64,000 bases of DNA. Origin: Myxococcota bacterium (GTDB lineage Bacteria > Myxococcota_A > UBA796 > UBA2385). The position numbers and the translations under genes are program-made. This document shows positions 48,891 to 58,770 of this stretch, piece by piece. Below the pieces are notes generated by a model. It did no database searches, had not been told where the DNA came from, and saw nothing but the letters and a program-made list of their open reading frames with translations. The stretch covers positions 288,001-352,000 of the forward strand of contig JBIJDH010000005.1 of NCBI GenBank assembly GCA_044344255.1, given 5' to 3'. Numbering within the stretch: the stretch's first letter is position 1; each line of letters starts with the position of its first letter.

Positions 48891-51473
48891 CTAGAAGCCG
48901 GGGCCGCCGCGGAACAAGAAGGAGACGCCCATGTCCGTGGCGCTGCCGTCCGAGGTCCAGGCGCCGACGAGCACGTCATCAAAGCCGTCGTCGTCGACGT
49001 CGCCGGCCCCGGCCACCGCGTGACCGAAGTCGTCGCCGGTGTGCCAGCCGTTGATCAAGGAGGGCAGTGTGGTGTTGGTGTAGGTGCCCGACCAGGGGCC
49101 GACCATCACCGCCACGAAGCCGGCGCTGTTGGTGGTGGCCCCGATGATGACGTCGGCGTACCCGTTGGCGTCGACGTCGCCTGCGGCGGCCACCGAGTAG
49201 CCCACCTGGTCGCGGTAACGGCCGCCGAGCACGGAGCCCGCGGCGTCGGCCTCCGTGCGGCTCCCCTCGAGGGGGCCCATGAAGAGCCAGGCGACGCCGA
49301 CGTCGCTGGCGCTGTCGTCATGGCCGGGCGCGCCGACCACGAGGTCGCCGTAGCCGTCGTCGTCGGAGTCGCCGATGCCGGCCAGCGAGCGGCCGAGCTG
49401 GTCGCCGCTGCTGCTGCTCTGGATGTAGAGATCGGCGGCGCTGAGGGTGGCGGTGCCGGAGACCGGCCCGAAGAAGACGCTGGCGACGCCGCCCGTACCG
49501 GCGAGGTAGGAGCCGACCGCGAGGTCGTCTACACCGTCGCCGTTGAGGTCGGGGACCATGGAGAGCGCCGCGCCGGCCTTGTCGCCCGCTGCGTCTCCAT
49601 AGAGCAGCGCGTCAGCCTCGCCCGCGGGCGTGGCGCCGGACCAGCCGTCGTTGAAGAGGTAGGCGGCGCCATCGGCGGAGTTCACGACGTCGGTGGAGGG
49701 GGCGCCCACGACGATGTCTCGGGTGCCGTCGCCGGTGACATCGAGCCCGCCTGCGATCGCGTAGGCCGCGAGGTCGTTGTTGGCGGTCCCGAACATGTAG
49801 TCGGGCTCGTCTTCGAGGATGATGTCTCCCTCGAGGGGCCCAAGGAGGATCCAGGCCGCGCCCGCCTGGTTGACGCCGTCATCCCAGGAGCGGGCGCCGA
49901 CGGCGAGGTCGTCGTAGCCGTCGCGGTTGATGTCGCCGAGGCGGGAGAGGCTGCAGCCGGCGTGGGCGCTGCTGGTGCTGCTCATGATCGTGGCCACGCC
50001 GTCTTCGATGAGCGAGCGCCCAGCCACGGGGGACAGGAGGTAGGCGGCGCCGCCATTGGAGGCGCCGGCGTTGCCGTTCTCGGCGCCGATCAGGATGTCA
50101 TCGACCCCGTCGCCGGTCACGTCGCCGACCCCGGCCACCGCCGAGCCCGACTTGTCGGCGGAGAGCTCCCCGAAGAGGGAGGCCCAGGCGTCGGTGCTGG
50201 CGTCGAGGTCTCCGAGGAGGCCGCAGCCCTCGGCGTCGGTGCTGCAGTCGTTGTCGAGCCCGTCGCCGCAGACCTCGACCGCGAGCGGGTTGACGAGGCT
50301 GTTGGTGTCGAGGCAGTCGCGATCGTCGGTCACGTAGTCGGCGGTGGGCGCGAAGCAGGAGGCGGTGGAGGTGGTGGCGTCGCCGTAGCCGTCAGAGTCA
50401 CCGTCGTAGTACCAGTCCCGCGGGTAGAGCACGGCGTCGTGATCGTCACAGTCGGCCCCGCCCCAGGCGGTGGCGTCGTAGCCGTCCTCGTCTGCGTCGT
50501 AGTCGGAGAGCCCGTCGCAGTTCTGGTCGGCGCCGTCGTAGTAGATCTCCTCGGCGTCGGGGTGGACGAGGCGGTCTTCGTCGTCGCAGTCGTCGCCGAG
50601 GGCGGGATCGGCGTAGCCGTTGGGCTCGTCACAGGACTTGAGCGTGCTGTCGCTCGTGCCGTAGCCGTCGCGATCGGTGTCGGCGAACCAGAGGGGGGCG
50701 TCGCGGGCGTCTTCGTCGACGCTGCCGTCGCAGTCCTCGTCGACGTCGTTGCAGACCTCGGTGGTGCCGGGCTTGATGCGGGACTGGAGGTCGTCGCAGT
50801 CTTCGCCGCCGTAGGCCTGGGCGTCGTAGCTGTCGCGGTCTTGGTCGTAGTCGCTCTTGCCGTCGCAGTCCTGGTCGACGCCGTCGTACCAGGTCTCATC
50901 GACGCCGGGGTTGACCGTCTCGTCGGTCTCGTCGCAGTCTCCGGCGCGGTTGGTGTAGCCGGCGGGGGCCTCACAGGCCTCGACGGGCAGCTCGCCGTCG
51001 CCGTAGCCGTCATCGTCGGCGTCGAAGAAGAAGGTCGAGCCGTCGGTGGTGTTGTCGTCGATCACGCCGTTGCAGTCGTCGTCGACCCCGTCACAGCGCT
51101 CCTCGGCGCCGGGAAAGTCGCGCGAGGACTTGTCGTTACAGTCGAGGCTGTTGTCGACGTAGCCGACCGGCGCCTCACAGCTCAGGCGGGCGTACTCGGG
51201 CGAGCCGTAGTCGTCGCCGTCAGCGTCGGCGTACCAGGTGGGCACGTCGAGGGCGCTGTCGTCGTCGGTGAGGCCGTCGCAGTTGTTGTCGATGCCGTCG
51301 CAGAGCTCGGATGCGCCGGGGTTGATCTCCCCGTTGAGCTCATCGCAGTCTACGGCCCAGCCGTAGCCGTCCTGATCGAGGTCCATCGGGCCGTCTTCCT
51401 TGCTCGGACCGCCCGCGCAAGCGGTGAGGGTACAGGCGAGGGCGGCGATCAAGAACAGGGCAGGGCGGAGCAT
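48891..51473 (-). CDS. Lipoprotein with ~7 MopE-related repeats followed by 7 FG-GAP repeats
   Basis: LTAC lipobox; DCD..NPGA.E.CDG.D..C repeats; GDVTGDG...GDVDDDG units. Confidence 0.9.
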   Translation of the reverse strand: MLRPALFLIAALACTLTACAGGPSKEDGPMDLDQDGYGWAVDCDELNGEINPGASELCDGIDNNCDGLTDDDSALDVPTWYADADGDDYGSPEYARLSCEAPVGYVDNSLDCNDKSSRDFPGAEERCDGVDDDCNGVIDDNTTDGSTFFFDADDDGYGDGELPVEACEAPAGYTNRAGDCDETDETVNPGVDETWYDGVDQDCDGKSDYDQDRDSYDAQAYGGEDCDDLQSRIKPGTTEVCNDVDEDCDGSVDEDARDAPLWFADTDRDGYGTSDSTLKSCDEPNGYADPALGDDCDDEDRLVHPDAEEIYYDGADQNCDGLSDYDADEDGYDATAWGGADCDDHDAVLYPRDWYYDGDSDGYGDATTSTASCFAPTADYVTDDRDCLDTNSLVNPLAVEVCGDGLDNDCSTDAEGCGLLGDLDASTDAWASLFGELSADKSGSAVAGVGDVTGDGVDDILIGAENGNAGASNGGAAYLLSPVAGRSLIEDGVATIMSSTSSAHAGCSLSRLGDINRDGYDDLAVGARSWDDGVNQAGAAWILLGPLEGDIILEDEPDYMFGTANNDLAAYAIAGGLDVTGDGTRDIVVGAPSTDVVNSADGAAYLFNDGWSGATPAGEADALLYGDAAGDKAGAALSMVPDLNGDGVDDLAVGSYLAGTGGVASVFFGPVSGTATLSAADLYIQSSSSGDQLGRSLAGIGDSDDDGYGDLVVGAPGHDDSASDVGVAWLFMGPLEGSRTEADAAGSVLGGRYRDQVGYSVAAAGDVDANGYADVIIGATTNSAGFVAVMVGPWSGTYTNTTLPSLINGWHTGDDFGHAVAGAGDVDDDGFDDVLVGAWTSDGSATDMGVSFLFRGGPGF

Positions 51474-51581
51474 GGACAGCAGTCCTCCGGACGCTGGCGG
51501 GAAGATAGCCGACCGGCGCGCCGTCGGCCCCCGCTAGTTCATCCGATCCTGAGGCGCGGTCTGCTCGGCGCCGCGCCGGGA

Positions 51582-52388
51582 TCAGGGGACCGCTTGCCCG
51601 GTCAGCGTGAGGGTGCGGCTGGGCGTGCGGGCGTCATCGCTCTCGATAGTGAGGACCGCGGTGGACGGCCCCCCCGCGGTGGGCGTGAAGCGCATCAGGA
51701 CGAGGCCGCCCTCCGAGCGGGCGGGGATCACCGTCCCCTCGGCGTTGACGACGATCGACCAGTCTCCGGGGGTGTCGTCGATCAAGGTGACGGCGTCGAT
51801 GTGGAGGTCATCGGTGCCGTCATTGGCGATGCGCAGCTCGGCCTCACCCTGGTTGCCGATCGTCACCGTCCCCACGTCGAGGGTGGACTCGGGGTCGAGG
51901 CGGATCGAGGGCTCACCCACGGCGGTGGCGTTGAGGCGGAGCGTGAGCTCGGGGCTCTCGGGGTCATCGCTCTGGATCTGGAGCCGCACGGTGGGATCGT
52001 CGAGGGAGATGGGGTGGGCCACCACGGTGACCAGGGCGGCGGTGCCTGGCGTGAGCTCTCCGGAGAGGCCCCCGGAGAGCGACCAGCTCGGGCGCTTGCT
52101 GTCGTCTTCGAAGCCGATGTCGAAGAGCTGGAGCGGACCCTGGCCGAGGTTGGTGATCGTGAAGGTCTGGGTGGCCTGCTCGCCGAGGCGGAGCGTGCCG
52201 AAGTCGAGCGAGGTGGGCGCCACCTCGACGTCACCGGGGACCACCACCTCGACCTCGGCGCCGCTGTCGGTGGCTTCGCCCTCTCCTTTGTCGCCACAGG
52301 CGACGAGCAGGCCGAGACCGAGACCGAGGCCGAGGCCAAAGCGGAGGCGGGCGCTGGAGCGGACGGCGGAGGCTCGAGGCGTGGACAT
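51582..52388 (-). CDS. Lipoprotein with two Ig-like (choice-of-anchor D/ASH-like) domains
   Basis: LVAC lipobox; LDFG...FTITN.G..PL and LDVG...IAN.G..DL; I.SDD motifs. Confidence 0.8.
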   Translation of the reverse strand: MSTPRASAVRSSARLRFGLGLGLGLGLLVACGDKGEGEATDSGAEVEVVVPGDVEVAPTSLDFGTLRLGEQATQTFTITNLGQGPLQLFDIGFEDDSKRPSWSLSGGLSGELTPGTAALVTVVAHPISLDDPTVRLQIQSDDPESPELTLRLNATAVGEPSIRLDPESTLDVGTVTIGNQGEAELRIANDGTDDLHIDAVTLIDDTPGDWSIVVNAEGTVIPARSEGGLVLMRFTPTAGGPSTAVLTIESDDARTPSRTLTLTGQAVP

Positions 52389-52506
52389 GGGCAGCCCGGC
52401 GTGCGGAGGGGATGGCGAGCGGAGGGCCCGGAGGAGCGGGGCGCTGAATGTACACCACCGGCGGGACAGGGTGTTATCGGCGCTCGGCCTTTGCCTGGGA
52501 GTGCCT

Positions 52507-53418
52507 ATGCGGCCCTTGATTCCCTACTGGGAAAACGACTTCAGCATCCCGCTCCCCTTCAAGATCCCGTTGGTGGGGGCCGACGCCATCCACCTCTTCG
52601 GCATCCTGGTCGCGGTGGGCTTCATGGTCGGCGCCCACATCTCGATGAACAAGGCGCGGCGGGACGGTCAGGACCCTGAGCTCATCAACAAGCTCGTCGG
52701 CTGGATCGTCGTTGGCGTCTTCGTGGGCGGGCACTGGGGCCACCTCCTCTTCTACTACCCCTCCGAGATCATGAAGGACCCGATGGTCCTCTTCCGCTTC
52801 ACGAGCGGGCTCTCGAGCATGGGTGGCTTCTTGTTCAGCACGATCCTCTGCACCATCTTCTACCGGCGGGAGATCAAGAAGGTGGAGCGGGCGAACGTGA
52901 AGCGGGCCAAGAAAGGCGAGCCGCTGATCACGCCGATCAGCTTCTGGGGGCAGGTGGACTGCTTCTGTTACGGTTTCACCATCGCCTGGATGTTCGGTCG
53001 GCTCGGCTGCTTCTCGGCCCACGACCACCCGGGGACGCCGACGAACTTCTGGCTCGGTGTGCCCGGGATGAACCCCGCGGTGGGCTGTACCAAGGAGGTG
53101 GCATGCCACGACCTCGGTCTGTATGAGGCGATCTGGTCGCTGCTGATGTACTTCGTCTTCCGCCCCCTCGACAAGAAGCCGAGGTTTCCCGGTTTCTTTG
53201 CAGGAGTTTGGCTCATCTCCTACGGCATGACCCGCGTGGTGCTCGACGTGTTCCGGAACCCCGGCATTGATACACGCTACTTTGGGCTGACCCCGGCCCA
53301 GTATGGGTCGATGATCATGTTTGGGATGGGCGTATGGATCCTCTGGAGCCAGCGGAACCAGACCCCGCTGCGGGAGCTCCCGCCGGTGAACCCCGAGGCG
53401 GCCGCGCCCGCGGCCTGA
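52507..53418 (+). CDS. lgt: Prolipoprotein diacylglyceryl transferase family protein (divergent)
   Basis: IHLFG, GLSSMGG, FGRLGCF, HDLGLYE, YG..R..LD.FR, GLT.AQ. Confidence 0.8.
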   Translation: MRPLIPYWENDFSIPLPFKIPLVGADAIHLFGILVAVGFMVGAHISMNKARRDGQDPELINKLVGWIVVGVFVGGHWGHLLFYYPSEIMKDPMVLFRFTSGLSSMGGFLFSTILCTIFYRREIKKVERANVKRAKKGEPLITPISFWGQVDCFCYGFTIAWMFGRLGCFSAHDHPGTPTNFWLGVPGMNPAVGCTKEVACHDLGLYEAIWSLLMYFVFRPLDKKPRFPGFFAGVWLISYGMTRVVLDVFRNPGIDTRYFGLTPAQYGSMIMFGMGVWILWSQRNQTPLRELPPVNPEAAAPAA

Positions 53419-53434
53419 TCGGGGTCCCTCGACC

Positions 53435-55387
53435 TCAGGCCGTGTAGAGCCGCTGGAGGTACTCCCGCACCATGCGGTGCGTGTTGAAGACGGGCACGCA
53501 GGTGCGCATCGCGCGCGCCATCTTCCGGGCCCAGCTCGCAGGGTCGGAGAAGGCGGGCAGGACCTCCTCCTCGAGGGTCTGGTAGAGCTGCAGGGCGTCG
53601 AGGTGGTCTTCGGACCCATCATCGGGGCGGTCTTCCCCCTCGCCGATGGCCCAGCCGTTGGTGCCGTCCCAGGCCTCGGGCCACCAGCCGTCGAGGATGG
53701 AGAGGTTGAGGTTGCCGTTGAGGGCCGCCTTCTGACCGCTGGTGCCGCTGGCCTCGTGGGGGCGGCGGGGCGTGTTGAGCCAGATGTCGCAGCAGCCCGT
53801 GAGCAGCCGACCGATCGCCATGTCGTAGTCGGGCACGAAGACGATCTGGTCGCGGAAGCGGGGGCTCCGCGCCCAGCGCACCACGGCGGCCGCGATGTCC
53901 TGCCCAGCGACGTCGGCGGGGTGGGCCTTCCCGGCGAAGACCACCTGGAGGCCGCGGTCGAGCAGGGCCTCGAGGCGGACGGGGTCGGAGAAGAGCAGGT
54001 CGCCTCGTTTGTAGGGCGCGAAGCGTCGGGCGAAGCCGATCGTGAGGCGCCGAGGGTCGAGCACGTCGCGGCCGAGGCGAGCTCGGAGATCGGAGACGAG
54101 GCGGGCCCTTCGAGCCTCTTGCATGTCGAGCAGGGCCTCGGCGGGGATGTCCTCCGCGGCGGCCCAGAACGCGGGGTCTTCGAAGCGGTCCATCCAACCG
54201 GGGAGGTGGCGGTCCCAGAGGGCGGCGGTCTCGGGGGCCAGCCACGCGGTGGGGTGGACGCCGTTGGTGATGCTGGTGACCGCGACGCGCAGCGAGGACC
54301 ACATCTTCTTCGTGACCTCGCCGTGGAGCTCGCTCACCGCGTTGGTGGCGCGGCTGCCGCGCATGCCGAGGACGGTCATGCAGAGGGGCTCGTCGACGTC
54401 GCCCGGGCGCACTCGCCCGCGGTCCATGAAGGAGCCGATGGGCAGGCCGGTCTGGTGGCGCCAGGCGCCGAGGACGGGATCGAAGATGTGCCAGTCGAAG
54501 CGGTCGTGCCCCGCGTCTACCGGCGTGTGTGTGGTGAAGACGCAGCGCCTCCGGACATCCACCCACGCCGCCTCGAAGGAGAGGCCGCGGCGGATGGCCG
54601 CCGCCCAGAGCTCGAGGGTGAGGAAGGCGGAGTGGCCCTCGTTCATGTGGTAGACGTCGCGCTCGACGCCGAGGGCGGTGAGCAGCCGGACGCCGCCGAT
54701 GCCCAGCACCACCTCCTGGCGGATTCGATCGTGGGAGCGGCCACCGTAGAGGCGCTTGGAGAGGGCGCGGTCTTCGGCGAGCGCGCCCTCGATGTCGGTG
54801 TCGAGCAGGTAGAGGATCGCGCGGCCCACCCTCACCTTCCAGGCTTGGACCTGGATGTTTCGGGTGCCACAGGGCACCTCGACGAGGAGGCGGGCGCCGT
54901 CTGCCCGGTGCACGGGCTCGACCGGGAGGCGGCTCGCTTGATTGTGGGCGTAGGCGGCCACCTGGCGCCCGTCGTGGAGGATCTGCCGGAAGTAGCCCTC
55001 CCCCCAGAAGAGACCGACCGCGACGAAGTCAAGGCCGAGGTCGCCCGCGCTGCGGACGTGGTCGCCGGCCAGCATCCCGAGCCCGCCCGAGAAGATGGGC
55101 AGGGACTCGTGGATGCCGAACTCCATGCAGAAGTAGGCCACCCGCGGCCCCCCGGAGACGCCGGGGCCGGAGAGCGCGGCCTCCCGTTCTTCAGCGAGGG
55201 TCCTCATGCTCAGGAGCCAGCTCGGCGGGGCGAGGGAGAGGTCGGCCTCGGCCAGGAGGGCCACTGGGTTGTGCTGCACGGCCTCCCAGAGGAAGGGATC
55301 CAGCTCCCGCCAGAGGTCATGGGCGCGGGGGACGCCGGTCCACCACAGGTCTCGGGCGAGGTCGTACAGAAAGGTCGGGGTGCTCAT
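53435..55387 (-). CDS. glgP: Alpha-glucan phosphorylase
   Basis: YFCMEFG, SGGLG.LAGDH, HMNEGH, FTTHTPV, ITNGVH, FARRFAPYKR, PLP site EASGTSGQK. Confidence 0.95.
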   Translation of the reverse strand: MSTPTFLYDLARDLWWTGVPRAHDLWRELDPFLWEAVQHNPVALLAEADLSLAPPSWLLSMRTLAEEREAALSGPGVSGGPRVAYFCMEFGIHESLPIFSGGLGMLAGDHVRSAGDLGLDFVAVGLFWGEGYFRQILHDGRQVAAYAHNQASRLPVEPVHRADGARLLVEVPCGTRNIQVQAWKVRVGRAILYLLDTDIEGALAEDRALSKRLYGGRSHDRIRQEVVLGIGGVRLLTALGVERDVYHMNEGHSAFLTLELWAAAIRRGLSFEAAWVDVRRRCVFTTHTPVDAGHDRFDWHIFDPVLGAWRHQTGLPIGSFMDRGRVRPGDVDEPLCMTVLGMRGSRATNAVSELHGEVTKKMWSSLRVAVTSITNGVHPTAWLAPETAALWDRHLPGWMDRFEDPAFWAAAEDIPAEALLDMQEARRARLVSDLRARLGRDVLDPRRLTIGFARRFAPYKRGDLLFSDPVRLEALLDRGLQVVFAGKAHPADVAGQDIAAAVVRWARSPRFRDQIVFVPDYDMAIGRLLTGCCDIWLNTPRRPHEASGTSGQKAALNGNLNLSILDGWWPEAWDGTNGWAIGEGEDRPDDGSEDHLDALQLYQTLEEEVLPAFSDPASWARKMARAMRTCVPVFNTHRMVREYLQRLYTA

Positions 55388-55427
55388 GGGGCTCCCGTCT
55401 ACCCCGTCCCCCGGGCGGGCGCGATCC

Positions 55428-56438
55428 TTAGGCGCGCCGAAGTGCGCCCCGCCTCGCTGCGATCTGGCGGGCGAGGGTGAGCGCGGAGATCATGCTGGCG
55501 GGGTCGGCCTGCCCCGCGCCGACGAGGTGGTCGGCGGTGCCGTGGTCGACGCTGAGCCGCAGCAGAGGGAGCCCGAGGGTCCAGTTCACCGACCGCCCGA
55601 AGTCGACCGCCTTCAAGGGGGCGAGGCCCTGGTCGTGGTACATCGCGACGATGAGGTCAAAGCGCCCCTCCCGCGCGCCGAGGAAGGCGGTCTCGGCGGA
55701 GACGGGGCCGGTCACGTTCAGCCCGCCCGCGCGGGCGTCCTCGCAGGCGGGGCCGATGATGAGGCGCTCCTCGTCGCCGAGCAGCCCCTCCTCGCCTGCG
55801 TGAGGGTTGAGTCCGCAGACCGCGATCCGGGGCGCCTCGAGGCCGAGGTCTGCCACCAGGGCCTGGGCCGCGGTCTCGATGACGGTGCGGATGTCGGCGC
55901 GGTCGAGGGCGGCGGGCACCGCCTTGAGCGGGATGTGGGTGGTCACGAGCGCGAGGCGGAGCTCGCCGCCGACGAAGGCCATCACCTCCCGTAGGGGCGG
56001 CGTCGTCGGGGGGCAGAGCGAGGCGAGGAAGTCGGTGTGGCCGTGAAAGGCGAAGCCGCGCTCGCTCAGGCGCTTCTTGTGGATGGGCCCGGTGACGAGC
56101 GCCGCGGCCTCCCCGCGGAGGCAGGCGAGGGCGGCCGCGCGGATGGCCGCGACCTCGGCGGGCTCGACCGCGTCACCCGGGTCGAAGACCGGCACGCCGT
56201 CCGCCTGGGCGCTCCAGGAGGCTGGGTGGCTCAAGGTCCGCTCCAGCGCTTCGGGGCCCGAGAGCCGGCGAAGGGGGAGGCCGAAGGCTCGGTTGGCCTC
56301 TTCGAGCGCCGACCAGCGGCCGAGGAGGATGAGGCCCTCGACGCCGACACGTCTCAACGCGGCGAGGCCGACCTCGGCGCCGATGCCCATCCCCGGGGTG
56401 AGGAGCAGCGGGAGGGGAGGGCCCTGGGCGCGCGTCAC
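55428..56438 (-). CDS. pdxA: 4-hydroxythreonine-4-phosphate dehydrogenase
   Basis: GIGAEV, TGPIHK, GHT, TTHIPL, GLNPHAGE, AMYHDQG, DHGTA. Confidence 0.95.
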   Translation of the reverse strand: MTRAQGPPLPLLLTPGMGIGAEVGLAALRRVGVEGLILLGRWSALEEANRAFGLPLRRLSGPEALERTLSHPASWSAQADGVPVFDPGDAVEPAEVAAIRAAALACLRGEAAALVTGPIHKKRLSERGFAFHGHTDFLASLCPPTTPPLREVMAFVGGELRLALVTTHIPLKAVPAALDRADIRTVIETAAQALVADLGLEAPRIAVCGLNPHAGEEGLLGDEERLIIGPACEDARAGGLNVTGPVSAETAFLGAREGRFDLIVAMYHDQGLAPLKAVDFGRSVNWTLGLPLLRLSVDHGTADHLVGAGQADPASMISALTLARQIAARRGALRRA

Positions 56439-56448
56439 GGACCCGGGC

Positions 56449-57489
56449 TCAGGGAGCGCCGATCGTGGAGGCGCCGTCCGACGGGATCACCCCGGGGGGC
56501 TTCGCCTCGAGCTTGATCAGGACCGAGGCCTGGCGGCGGGCCTGCTCGGTCCACTCTTCGGTCTCTTCGACCATGCGCTGCTGGTAGACGGCCTCCTCGA
56601 GCTCGGGGCGGAGCTGCTCGAAGGGGACCGGGGCCACCGCTTGGCGCGACAGGGGAGAGATGATGAAGACACCGAGCGGCGCGAGCACGATGGGCTCGCT
56701 GACCCCGCCCACCGGGAGGTGGAAGGCGGCCTGGTTCATCTCGGGGCCGAGCATGCCCTCCCCGAACTTGCCCCAGCGTCCGCCGTCCTTGCCCTGGAAG
56801 AGCTCGTCGAGCTCGAGGGCGACGGTGGCCCAGCTCTCCCCGGCGAGCACGCGCGCCCGGGCGACCTCCGCCTTGGACTTGGCGGCCGCGAGCTGGGCGG
56901 GGTCTTCGAGGTCTCCCACCTTGATCGCGATGGCGCCGAGCTCTACCTCCTGCGGCAGGTCGCTCGCGCTCACCTTCTTACGCCAGAGCGCCTTGAGCTC
57001 GTCTTCGGTGATGGTGACCCGATTGCGGAGCACGGCGTCCGTGAACTTCATCTGCCCGACCTGCTCGCGGAGCTCGGTCTGGTAGATGTCCCAGGGGATG
57101 CCCTCCTCTTCGATGCGCTCCTGGAGCTGATCGCGGGTCATCCCGTTGGTGGCGGCGATGGACGCGATGGCTCGGTCGAGGTCGTCGGTGGTGACGCCCT
57201 GGCCGAGCTTGTCGAGCTCCTGGTTCACCAGACGGCGCTGAATGAGCTGGTCGAGGACCTTGAGCTCGGCGTCGCGGCGGCAGGTAGCCTCGGCGCCGCA
57301 GCGCTCCATCGCCGCGTCGATGAACTCGCCGCCGAGCTCATAGACCTCCGAGAGGGCGACCACGTCGTCGTTGACCACCGCCGCGACCCGATCGAGGAGC
57401 TTACGCTCGGCGCACCAAGCCTCGCTGCCGCCCGCCTGGAGGGCGAGGGCAGAGAGGAGGAGGATCAGGCCGCGGCGGAGCGGGCTCAC
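56449..57489 (-). CDS. surA: SurA-like chaperone/parvulin PPIase
   Basis: LDRVAAVVNDDVV SurA N-domain and a parvulin domain; lies directly upstream of pdxA, a conserved synteny. Confidence 0.8.
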   Translation of the reverse strand: MSPLRRGLILLLSALALQAGGSEAWCAERKLLDRVAAVVNDDVVALSEVYELGGEFIDAAMERCGAEATCRRDAELKVLDQLIQRRLVNQELDKLGQGVTTDDLDRAIASIAATNGMTRDQLQERIEEEGIPWDIYQTELREQVGQMKFTDAVLRNRVTITEDELKALWRKKVSASDLPQEVELGAIAIKVGDLEDPAQLAAAKSKAEVARARVLAGESWATVALELDELFQGKDGGRWGKFGEGMLGPEMNQAAFHLPVGGVSEPIVLAPLGVFIISPLSRQAVAPVPFEQLRPELEEAVYQQRMVEETEEWTEQARRQASVLIKLEAKPPGVIPSDGASTIGAP

Positions 57490-58559
57490 TTGTGCTCGGG
57501 CTCCGCGGGGGCCGTCGGGGCCGCGGGGCCGCCCTCGGCCGCGCCGGGCATCGGCATCTCGGGGGCCTCCATCTCTTCGTCGATGCCCTCGCCGCCCGGG
57601 CCGCCCTCGATGTTGAGACCGGAGGCAGCTCCGGCCTTGCGGGTGGGCTTGACCTCGATCGCGGCGAGCTTGTCGGCCTTCACCTCGATCTTGGCGGTGG
57701 CGCGGAGGTTGGCCACGTAGCCGTCGTAGAGGGCCTTGAGCTTGTCGTTCTTGACCTTGCGGAGCACAGAGCCCTTCATCTGCTGGAAGGTGCGCTCGAC
57801 GCGCTCGCGACGGTTGGCCACCTGGACGATGTTCCAGCCCTCCGCGCTCTTGAAGGGGGCGGAGATCTCGTTGACCTTCATGGTGAAGGCCTTCTCGACG
57901 ACGGCGGGGTCGAGGCCGGGCTTGCCGGTCTGGGCCACGAAGCCGACGTCACCGCCGCGGCGGCGGTAGGGGTCTTCGGAGAACTTGGAGGCGAGGTCCT
58001 TGAAGGAGTCCGGGGCCTTGTTGAGCTCGCCGGCGATGCGCTTGGCCTCCGCCTCGGCGGCCGCCTCGGGGCGCTGGTCGCTGACCTTGATGAGGATGCG
58101 CTTGACCTGCACCTTCTCGGGGACGATGAACTCGTCCTTGTGCTCCTCGTAGTACTTCTGGAGGTCTTCGTCCTTGAAGTCCGAGTTGCGGACGCTGCCG
58201 TAGACGTCCTGGCGGAGCAGGGTGTTGACCATGACCTTCTGGACCTTGGGGTCCTGGTCGAGGCCCTTCTTCACGGCTTCGAGGTAGAGGAGCTTCTCGT
58301 CGACGAGGCGGTCGAGGACCTCCTTCTTGTCGGCGTCGGTGAGCTTGTCACCCTCGGTGGGCTGCTTGCGCGCGGCGCTCTGCTCGAACTCGATCGAGCC
58401 GACCTCGAGGCCGTCGACCGTGGCGAGGACGACGCCGATGTCTTGCTTGACCGCCGCGCCCGCCGCCGGCTTGGCGCCCTTTTCGGTGCCTCCGCCCTGG
58501 CAGGCGGGGAGAGAGAGGGACAGCACGACCGCAATGACTGCAGAGTTGAGAAACCGCAT
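57486..58559 (-). CDS. PpiC/parvulin-type PPIase lipoprotein (PrsA-like)
   Basis: LPAC lipobox; LATVDG; RILIK, FKDLASKFSED..RGGDVG, GWNIV. Confidence 0.88.
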   Translation of the reverse strand: MRFLNSAVIAVVLSLSLPACQGGGTEKGAKPAAGAAVKQDIGVVLATVDGLEVGSIEFEQSAARKQPTEGDKLTDADKKEVLDRLVDEKLLYLEAVKKGLDQDPKVQKVMVNTLLRQDVYGSVRNSDFKDEDLQKYYEEHKDEFIVPEKVQVKRILIKVSDQRPEAAAEAEAKRIAGELNKAPDSFKDLASKFSEDPYRRRGGDVGFVAQTGKPGLDPAVVEKAFTMKVNEISAPFKSAEGWNIVQVANRRERVERTFQQMKGSVLRKVKNDKLKALYDGYVANLRATAKIEVKADKLAAIEVKPTRKAGAASGLNIEGGPGGEGIDEEMEAPEMPMPGAAEGGPAAPTAPAEPEHK

Positions 58560-58770
58560 GCCTGTTCAGAGCCTCGATGGGATCACTCCCCGGGAGGGGG
58601 GAGATGGGAGTCGGGTACGACCCCGCCGGTGCCAGGGTTCTTCCCTCGACCCGAGCGGAGATCCGCGGGGGTCAAGGGAGTCCTGTCGGCAGGCGAGCGG
58701 CGTTGCTTAGCACGAGGCGCCGGTCCACTGCAAGAAAGCGGACAGAGCGGCGCTCCCGTCGGAGTGGGCC

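Noticed and set aside
45600..52679. 2359-aa plus-strand ORF, and other long antisense ORFs such as 2375-4822, 12437-15196 and 26465-28903
   Set aside because: They are shadow frames of motif-bearing genes on the opposite strand. High GC3 suppresses stops, and they contain no recognisable motifs.
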